Source of the DNA: an uncultured Candidatus Peribacteria bacterium
GTDB lineage: Bacteria > Patescibacteriota > Gracilibacteria > UBA1369
Length of the DNA stretch: 27,497 nucleotides
Direction: 5' to 3'
Assembly: GCA_964389195.1 (NCBI GenBank)
Contig: CAYMDR010000002.1
Coordinates: 7,521 to 35,017, forward strand
The notes below the pieces were generated by a model. That model was not told where the DNA came from, did not search any database, and worked only from the letters and a program-made list of their open reading frames with translations. Below, piece by piece: positions 9,901 through 15,275 of this stretch. Position 1 is the first letter of the stretch, and each line of letters begins with the position of its first letter. The translations under genes and the position numbers were made by a program.

Positions 9901-11105
9901 ACATTGCCGCTTTAGACCAGCTTGCAGCACAAAGTGAAGGCATTACCCTAGGAGATTTTTTAACCAGCGCTGAAATCGGTAGCTACTCCCAAGCCCATGC
10001 TGCCTTTGCCCGCCCTACTCCTACAACCACCCTGAAAGCTTTTCTCACCCAAAAAGCCATACTCCTTGCCCGTGGCGCGTTCAACATACTAACAACAGAT
10101 CAGCAAGATAGAGCCGCTATGGCCAAACTGGACTACCTCTTCTTGCGCATGCAAAATATCACCATCTCTTATCGCGATATTGTCACGCCAGCCTTCCCAA
10201 ACCCTGAGGCCGTCTCTCAACACTTAGCCGCCGTTAACTATCTTCAAGAACAAATAATGGTAGGCCGAGAAGCCGTCCAGGGTCCTTTACTGGATGCTGT
10301 CCATGCCCGAGCCATCGAAGCCCTAAAAAAAGCCGGAGATGCCGTGCAAACCATTACCACCGCCACAAGCATCGATGTCCTCATCGCCCTTGCCGACCTC
10401 ATGCTCGACGACAGCTTAGCCGCCCACGTAGGAGAGATCCAAGTCCCCGCCCGTTATGATATGCAAGCCGGCGTAGCCACCCAACCCCTCAAAGGCAACT
10501 GGCAAACCGTACAGCAAATGTGGAGAACCAAACTCATAGAACTCGGAAAAGTAGCGGCGGAAAGAGCAAAAAAAGGTGACGATGCCGGCTTTTTAGCAAA
10601 AGTATTATTCCGTGCTGCCGGTGAAGATTATGAAAGAGGTAAAGATAGCAAAGGCCAAACTCGTCCTAAATTATTCGATCTGGCCGACGTAGGCATCACC
10701 CGAAGCGAACTAGCCGCAGGTATGCAAATTCAACAAGCAGAGTTCACTCGCCAAAAATATTTGCCCTTAGTAGATAAAGCCTGTGCGCTTCCGCCCGAAG
10801 ATTTTAGCTTCATGAAAGAAGCCCAAGCCTTTTACGCAACGGCTCCTCTACAAGAACAGGAGCACTTGGTTAAAACTACCTGGAGAATAATGAACGCAAA
10901 AATTCGCACCATGAAGGCTGAAATACAAGCTATTCAAGCCAAAAAAGAGCATGCAACCGCACAAGAACTAGCAAGAGAAGCCTTTCTAGTAGACAGAGTT
11001 TACCCTGTTTTACAAACGAGAGGCTTTACGACAGCCACACGAGAAACAATTTCAGAAGATGAAGTGAAAAAACTTTTAAGTGCAACCCCAGCAACCGCCG
11101 CCTAA
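6984..11105 (+). CDS. 1373-aa hypothetical protein, mostly alpha-helical, with a possible FHA-like beta domain
   Basis: Uninterrupted 4.1-kb ORF with its own promoter. No signal peptide or TM segment. Beta-rich stretch YPLIPGQTITIG...GLTIGNGCFRIV. Confidence 0.85.
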   Translation: MALPTGTQMGLDAESTARERQKALAKSPTVAQLRKIVEVANGSGFLLNSELIAADENDDILMKNFQEGDMNTIPLILKRLDAGTMELADVEAVLTRENISTSIGFYIDLRLSLSREKKPAAVAGLIQKILRSNVATNRDLLAAATLQEHQNFILDVIVAKGLPPRAPGEIAQYSSLQRLLLFLENSSLLEGETELEAITKEELVQKFQADPTNIQHLYAIKKKTEEGEIDLIELIEVIPPQEISQIIATLIRSIFERVSQAPDKGDQNALAFEITKNFVPSGFITSQDLINAVRGKEDLGFQKFLLTFFPGLEAKVKTVQPPFPGSPQAANAEATDDGQALGDDDIEIVNENITLPLLHIYKANGGRLTAGYPLIPGQTITIGPPPSNIEIKGLTETITLRFEVLEFTTPGISLAGPRAATVQTASQLGQLSGAQSPNIGQHRLGSAGLTIGNGCFRIVADGVPDIIFEIADREIPPAKIGPVVSHHIANLIQRRWVVLDREGANSANLEALDQDYQKVVQYAAEKKLTILNEAERAIISDLINERLTGLLLERQRLVAEKNPALGVQMQMVTELIEEVTSFARKNGFAIQDKAQIEANRKQLHHILTARAAARGDRNALRETNKAMAAYLCSAQQCTTFHYESGELLEPDTSPAYKGHVIIVTTPDGKEHIRPFVLETDTIMDLLAEVHHGDANTVELQPEGYKVSGTGGQFPKGAKVTLQVGQEVVVQDTHGQNYRVKIETHAYTERALETSIEDRVSELSEVIFDNTRLPDQQHQKAWEKLQYLVNSNRITALACLRIIGSRIRAAAGAISLWSAAEPNGDAHVLSLIHALLNYPDTAQLLSELKTLITPELMAAAVRDRTMSYNDFDRFAHPKLEYPIAPVEGWSRWPGARGPAAKKAFDEKNTQLDQEAAEAQRQYGSKAKNGAIQIACFLESGLSQTDGLRPEYLAQIKKIQEQRAQLHAIDHGQNDIAALDQLAAQSEGITLGDFLTSAEIGSYSQAHAAFARPTPTTTLKAFLTQKAILLARGAFNILTTDQQDRAAMAKLDYLFLRMQNITISYRDIVTPAFPNPEAVSQHLAAVNYLQEQIMVGREAVQGPLLDAVHARAIEALKKAGDAVQTITTATSIDVLIALADLMLDDSLAAHVGEIQVPARYDMQAGVATQPLKGNWQTVQQMWRTKLIELGKVAAERAKKGDDAGFLAKVLFRAAGEDYERGKDSKGQTRPKLFDLADVGITRSELAAGMQIQQAEFTRQKYLPLVDKACALPPEDFSFMKEAQAFYATAPLQEQEHLVKTTWRIMNAKIRTMKAEIQAIQAKKEHATAQELAREAFLVDRVYPVLQTRGFTTATRETISEDEVKKLLSATPATAA

Positions 11106-11140
11106 AACTTTTTTGTTCTTTGAAAATTCGCTATATCCAT

Positions 11141-11201
11141 AAGCGAACCTTTATTGGAAGGTAAATAATTTATTATCTTTCCATAAAGGTTCGCTTGTCT
11201 C
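11141..11201. repeat. Hairpin element A
   Basis: Perfect 14-bp arms AAGCGAACCTTTAT (11141-11154) and ATAAAGGTTCGCTT (11183-11196), imperfect pairing inside, followed by GTCTC. Confidence 0.85.
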
Positions 11202-11221
11202 TAAATCTCAAGAATTTCACC

Positions 11222-11241
11222 CCCCGCGGCTTGCCGCGGGG
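11222..11241. mobile_element. GC-rich short hairpin resembling an IS200/IS605 subterminal or REP-type palindrome
   Basis: CCCCGCGGC-TT-GCCGCGGGG; minus-strand context GAATCCCCGCGGCAAGCCGCGGGGG. No U-tract and no transposase in the window. Confidence 0.4.
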
Positions 11242-11301
11242 ATTCGTCTTTCCAGTCGTTCAACCTGTTTGCAGCCCGCAAAGGGCAGAAAGGGGTGCCA
11301 C

Positions 11302-12060
11302 ATGGCCACCCTCAGTCGAGAAGCGTTCGAGTGGATGTTGAAAGTCGGAGGCCAGGGGGATAAGATCCCTGGCCTCTCCGCGCTGATGACCGAAATGTTC
11401 GCGCAGCCGATGACGGATAGCCGTCTCGGCTTTTACACCGACGAGTTGAAGAACCGAGGAATCGTCCTTGTCTCCACTTTTCGGTGCGAAGAAGTCCAGT
11501 TCGCGTTCGAGCGCGAGGCCACACGCCCCGCACCCGTTCTCGGATTGCCCTCTACCACCGCCCCGCTCGCGCGGGTCGGTGCGACCGGGATCGCGATGCC
11601 CGCTCGGGCACCGCGCCCCCGCACGCTGCCGTCGTCGACCTCGCCGCTCGCCGTCCGCGGACGGGATGCCGGCGGCCTCACGGTCGCCAGCGCCCCCCGC
11701 ACGGACTTCCGGGACGAGTACCACCCGCGCCCGGAATGGGCAGGTGGTGCGCGCCCGATGCCGGCGAGCACACTGGTCGACGACTGGGGCGGCCTCGAAG
11801 CCCCCCGCGCCGCCGCCACGATCGACGACGAGGACCGCGACGAGGAGGACGAGGACGAGGACGAGGACGACTCCGGCGCTTACCGCCGGTCGCCGACCCC
11901 CCTCCCCCGGGAGGAGGATCGACCTCTGTCGTATTCGCCGTCGCCCGCCGCCCCCCTCGCGACGACCCGCAGCAGCAGCAACGCGCCCCTCTGGGCCGTC
12001 GCCGCGATCGTGGCGTTCGGCCTGATCGGGTTCATCGTGGCCTACTTGGCGACCCACTGA
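11302..12060 (+). CDS. GC-rich, probably horizontally acquired 252-aa protein: small N-terminal domain, Pro/Ala/acidic linker, C-terminal TM anchor
   Basis: ATG at 11302 is preceded by the SD-like GAAAGGGG. Codons are mostly G/C-ending in this frame. Ends LWAVAAIVAFGLIGFIVAYLATH. Hand-counted GC is 58% (11341-11400) and 80% (11581-11640) versus 25% (12541-12600). Confidence 0.75.
   Translation: MATLSREAFEWMLKVGGQGDKIPGLSALMTEMFAQPMTDSRLGFYTDELKNRGIVLVSTFRCEEVQFAFEREATRPAPVLGLPSTTAPLARVGATGIAMPARAPRPRTLPSSTSPLAVRGRDAGGLTVASAPRTDFRDEYHPRPEWAGGARPMPASTLVDDWGGLEAPRAAATIDDEDRDEEDEDEDEDDSGAYRRSPTPLPREEDRPLSYSPSPAAPLATTRSSSNAPLWAVAAIVAFGLIGFIVAYLATH
11845..11868 (+). repeat. (GAGGAC)4 tandem repeat encoding EDEDEDED
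   Basis: Four exact copies. Confidence 0.9.
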
Positions 12061-12084
12061 GGGTTGTCGGGTAGGCCGAAACTA

Positions 12085-12138
12085 GAGACAAGCGCACCCG
12101 TGTCGCTCCAGGCCCCGCTCTCGCGGGTGCGCTGTCTC
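12085..12138. repeat. Hairpin element B (related to A)
   Basis: GAGACAAGCGCACCCG (12085-12100) pairs with CGGGTGCGCTGTCTC (12124-12138): 15 bp with one bulged A. Confidence 0.85.
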
Positions 12139-12150
12139 GGCCAAAAAACG

Positions 12151-12193
12151 GAACCTTCTCTCGCCCGCTCACGCGGAACGATGACGGAGGTTC
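12151..12193. repeat. Hairpin element C (weaker)
   Basis: GAACCTTC...GGAGGTTC, 8 bp including one G-T pair. Shares the GAACC/GGTTC core with hairpin A. Confidence 0.45.
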
Positions 12194-12234
12194 TTAGGCT
12201 ATCCAAAATTTCTAAAAAAGCGGCCTAAATGGCT

Positions 12235-13380
12235 CTATAAAGGAAACTTAGTAGTAAAATTTATAAAATTATCAATATTAATTATTCCAAAAACAGCGTT
12301 TTTATAAGTCGACAGCCAGCTCTGTGGAGCCCGTGCGGTTTTGTGCCCGTATTTGAATTCATAGCCAAACAGCTTGCTATCTCGTTCTTCAATATAATCT
12401 AACTCCGCACCGGTGTAAGTTCGCCAAAAATATTCAGTGGCTAAAATTTTATTATAACGCAAAAATTTCAGGCGTTCTATCATTAAAAAATTCTCCCAAA
12501 GTTGACCGACATCATTTCTATCTCCTAAAGACTTAACATTATCAATAAGAATATTTCTTATCCCCAGATCATAAAAATAAATCTTGGGCATTTTAGTAAT
12601 TTCTTTTCTTAAATTTCTACTAAAACCGCTTAATCTGAAAACCACAAAGGATTTTTCCAGTAGGTCAATGTAGTGCTCAACTGTACCCTTACTAATACCT
12701 AGCGTATTAGCCAGTTCATTCATAGAAACTTCATTGCCAATCTGAAATGCAAGTAATTTTAATAGCTCGCGAATTTTTGCGGATTGTTTAATTGAAGCAA
12801 GTTCAAGAATATCTTTATAAAGGTAAGCGTTGCTTAATTGTTCCAAATAATCACGTTTTGTCTGGACATTTAAAATAGAAAAAATTTCGGGATAGGAGCC
12901 ATAAATTAAGCGTTCTTCTAATTGAGATTTAAGTTCAAATTCATTATAAATTTGGCTCAATTCCAAATAAGAAATTGGATAAAGCGTATAATTCCAGGCT
13001 CGTCCGGTTAAAGGTTCACTGACTTTATTTGCAAGATCAAAAGAAGAAGACCCCGTGGCAATAATTTTTAATTCAGGGAGATGATCAATTAAAATTTTTA
13101 AATTTAAACCTATATCAGGAATTTTTTGTGCTTCATCAATAAAAAGCAAATCATATCCCGCAATGAGGGATTTTAGTTTAATAAGATCCTTACTGGAAAG
13201 AACATCAATATATTTTTGCTGATCCCCGTCCACAAGCAAAGTTTTATAGGGCAAATCCGCAATCAAGTTTTTAACCAAAGTAGTTTTGCCAACTTGCCTT
13301 GGTCCATAAATAATAATTGCTTTATTATCCTCGTGAACTTTTTGTTTAAGCTCTTCAGTAAGAGATCTCATAATCATCAT
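12235..13380 (-). CDS. AAA+ ATPase (AAA_14 + DUF4143)
   Basis: Walker A GPRQVGKT, Walker B LLFIDEAQ, ATGSSS, LTGR, YGSYPE, KIYFYDLG, GQLWENF, YFWRT...ELDY. Confidence 0.9.
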   Translation of the reverse strand: MMIMRSLTEELKQKVHEDNKAIIIYGPRQVGKTTLVKNLIADLPYKTLLVDGDQQKYIDVLSSKDLIKLKSLIAGYDLLFIDEAQKIPDIGLNLKILIDHLPELKIIATGSSSFDLANKVSEPLTGRAWNYTLYPISYLELSQIYNEFELKSQLEERLIYGSYPEIFSILNVQTKRDYLEQLSNAYLYKDILELASIKQSAKIRELLKLLAFQIGNEVSMNELANTLGISKGTVEHYIDLLEKSFVVFRLSGFSRNLRKEITKMPKIYFYDLGIRNILIDNVKSLGDRNDVGQLWENFLMIERLKFLRYNKILATEYFWRTYTGAELDYIEERDSKLFGYEFKYGHKTARAPQSWLSTYKNAVFGIINIDNFINFTTKFPL

Positions 13381-13488
13381 ATTTTAATTATAACTAAAAT
13401 ATAGCATCTTCACAAACTAAAATTGCGCCAATTGGGTACATTAACCTGCCGAAATAGCGTTATTTCAGCTCTTACAATCTATTTTCTC

Positions 13489-13574
13489 TGGTGGGCAGAC
13501 TAGGATTCGAACCTAGGAAGGCGTAAGCCAGGAGATTTACAGTCTCCCCTCGTTGGCCGCTTGAGTATCTGCCC
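13489..13574 (-). tRNA. tRNA-Tyr(GTA)
   Basis: Acceptor GGGCAGA/TCTGCCC, anticodon loop CT-GTA-AA, long variable arm, GGTTCGAATCC, encoded CCA. Confidence 0.97.
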
Positions 13575-13626
13575 GTGAATGTCTCTTGGCTGTTTGTAGC
13601 ACAAAACCCGCAAAACAGCAAAAGCG

Positions 13627-13654
13627 ATTATAGCGGAAAAAAGGCTAAAGGCAA
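13627..13654 (-). promoter_or_regulatory. Promoter for tRNA-Tyr
   Basis: TTGCCT-16-TATAAT on the minus strand. Confidence 0.5.
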
Positions 13655-13713
13655 ATACATCAAGGTTAGTGAACCTGTGAGTACAAGTTCACCCCCCTCA
13701 GGTCACAAGCATA

Positions 13714-13762
13714 TTGACGAAATAGCCTTCAATCCCCTATACTGAAAGTAAGATTTTCTTAC
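13714..13762 (+). promoter_or_regulatory. TA operon promoter with palindromic operator
   Basis: TTGACG (13714-13719), 18-nt spacer, TATACT (13738-13743), then the inverted repeat GTAAGA-ttt-TCTTAC (13748-13762) around the expected start site. Confidence 0.6.
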
Positions 13763-13772
13763 ATTTAATAAT

Positions 13773-14042
13773 ATGGCTACCTTTGACATCACCTCATGTT
13801 CCTCAAAAGGGCAGATCGTTATTCCCCATAGTTTAAGAAAAGAACTCGGCATAACTACAGGTATAAAACTTATTATTTTTACCGATGGCTCCAACCTACT
13901 ATTGAAGCCTGTGCAGGCTCCAAAGCTGGAAAATTTCCAGAAACTTATTAAAGAAAGCAGAGCAGTAGCTCAGAAGAAAAAGTTCAACCTAGCGGATGTT
14001 AAAAAAATTATTAAACAAGTCCGACATGAAAATCGTCCTTGA
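13773..14042 (+). CDS. AbrB/MazE/SpoVT-family antitoxin
   Basis: SSKGQIVIPHSLRKELGITTG...LLLKP swapped-hairpin signature; overlaps the downstream PIN gene. Confidence 0.9.
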   Translation: MATFDITSCSSKGQIVIPHSLRKELGITTGIKLIIFTDGSNLLLKPVQAPKLENFQKLIKESRAVAQKKKFNLADVKKIIKQVRHENRP

Positions 14043-14415
14043 TACAAATGTCCTGATTTCTGGAATATTTTGGAAAGGCCTCCCCTATAAAGTTCTGGAA
14101 CTTTGGGTGCATGGTGATCTGCGGGTTTTCGCTACTAAAAAAATCCTCCAAGAGTATTTTGAAGTATTGAGTAGAATAGATCAATCAGGAGAGATAGCCA
14201 AAAAATGGCAGATCTTTATCCTCGAAAATATTATTGTTGTCGAAGAAAAAGAAGTTGTTCAGCTTTCCCGTGATCCAAACGACGATATGTTCATTGCCTG
14301 CGCTTTAGCTGCCAATGCTTCATATATTATCAGCGGCGATAAAGATTTACTCACTCTAAAAAAAGTTTCCCAAATTAAAATAATAACGGCGGCGCAATTT
14401 TTGAAAATGTTATAA
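14026..14415 (+). CDS. PIN-domain (VapC-like) toxin
   Basis: MKIVLDTNVLISG, ILQEY, SRDPNDDMFIACA, IISGDKDLL. ATG at 14026 preferred over 13996. Confidence 0.9.
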   Translation: MKIVLDTNVLISGIFWKGLPYKVLELWVHGDLRVFATKKILQEYFEVLSRIDQSGEIAKKWQIFILENIIVVEEKEVVQLSRDPNDDMFIACALAANASYIISGDKDLLTLKKVSQIKIITAAQFLKML

Positions 14416-14451
14416 TAAAAGTGCCTATAACAATTACATAACTTAAAATTT

Positions 14452-14595
14452 ATGCATCTTAAAAATTTAAAAAAAAAAGCAAAACTCACCCCCCAAGAAG
14501 AAAAAGCTTTCTGGATTAATTTAGCACAAAAAACTCCTCGCAAAACAAATAAAACAGCCGTAGAGCTGCTTAGAGAGGATCGATTATCTCACTAA
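14452..14595 (+). CDS. 47-aa peptide resembling a VapB antitoxin C-terminus
   Basis: Hand-translated MHLKNLKKKAKLTPQEEKAFWINLAQKTPRKTNKTAVELLREDRLSH. It fills the gap between genes, with TATAAT at 14411-14416 upstream. Confidence 0.55.
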   Translation: MHLKNLKKKAKLTPQEEKAFWINLAQKTPRKTNKTAVELLREDRLSH

Positions 14596-14606
14596 CTATA
14601 GTACCT

Positions 14607-15209
14607 CTATAAAAACGTTCCAAACTTCCTTTGCTCTGCAGGTGGCAACTCATTCACATTAATAGTCATAAATACTTTACCGGTTCCATCTAAAATGGGA
14701 ACAAAAGCCGAATTTGTACCACGTTCTCTTGTCACATGCATTATTTGTTCACAAGGAGGATTCGCTCCAGGAGAAGAAGGTAACGGCAAGCCAGGAGCAG
14801 AAGCAGGTCGGTGAGGAGCCGCTGGAATTATGCTAATTTTACTGATAGGTAAAGATCCCTTGGGTGGAGTTAAAACACCCAATACACCTATAATACTTTC
14901 TGCTGTAATATCACATATACCATCAGGAGTTGCTACGCCATAAACTTTAAGATCTTGAGAGCCACCAAGTCCAGCAAGAGCCTCTTTAGGTACCGTCCAA
15001 GAGTTAGGTATGGAAGCAACCGCCGGAGCTTGCATTGGCACACCGCCATCAACCGTTGCTTGAGCCGAAGCGGCAAGCGCCGCAACCTCTCGAGCAGTTT
15101 CCGCCGGAGCATCGCCATCTTTATTGCAATCCGCATCCATAGTAAGCGTCGCCGCCCCTAAAGCAGCTATCCCCAAACCCACCGCCATATTTCTTCTATT
15201 CATTTCCAT
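14607..15209 (-). CDS. Hypothetical exported/anchored protein with an RR-containing leader
   Basis: MEMNRRNMAVGLGIAALGAATLTMDADC N-terminus and a Pro/Ala-rich body. Confidence 0.7.
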   Translation of the reverse strand: MEMNRRNMAVGLGIAALGAATLTMDADCNKDGDAPAETAREVAALAASAQATVDGGVPMQAPAVASIPNSWTVPKEALAGLGGSQDLKVYGVATPDGICDITAESIIGVLGVLTPPKGSLPISKISIIPAAPHRPASAPGLPLPSSPGANPPCEQIMHVTRERGTNSAFVPILDGTGKVFMTINVNELPPAEQRKFGTFL

Positions 15210-15240
15210 AAATTTTCATAATTACTTGCACCTCTAACAG

Positions 15241-15273
15241 ACAAATACAAACATATGTTAACAAATACGTCAA
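15241..15273. promoter_or_regulatory. Operator-like site upstream of the 200-aa gene
   Basis: ACAAATAC at 15241 and 15261 (20-bp period) flank the palindrome AACATATGTT (15250-15259). TTGACG on the minus strand at 15268-15273. Confidence 0.4.
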
Positions 15274-15275
15274 AA

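Noticed and set aside
11260-12074. Several long overlapping ORFs in other frames (265, 196, 185, 128 aa)
   Set aside because: Expected from stop-codon scarcity at high GC. They are Arg/Gly/Pro-rich shadows; only the 11302 frame has an SD-like signal and a coherent TM-tailed product.
11099-12140. Classical integron attC sites
   Set aside because: No paired RYYYAAC/GTTRRRY boxes (only GCCTAAA at the first stop codon) and no intI in the window. Kept only as a structural analogy.
13996-14025. Longer start for the PIN gene
   Set aside because: The PIN family begins at MKIVLDTN (14026); the extra codons lie inside the antitoxin.
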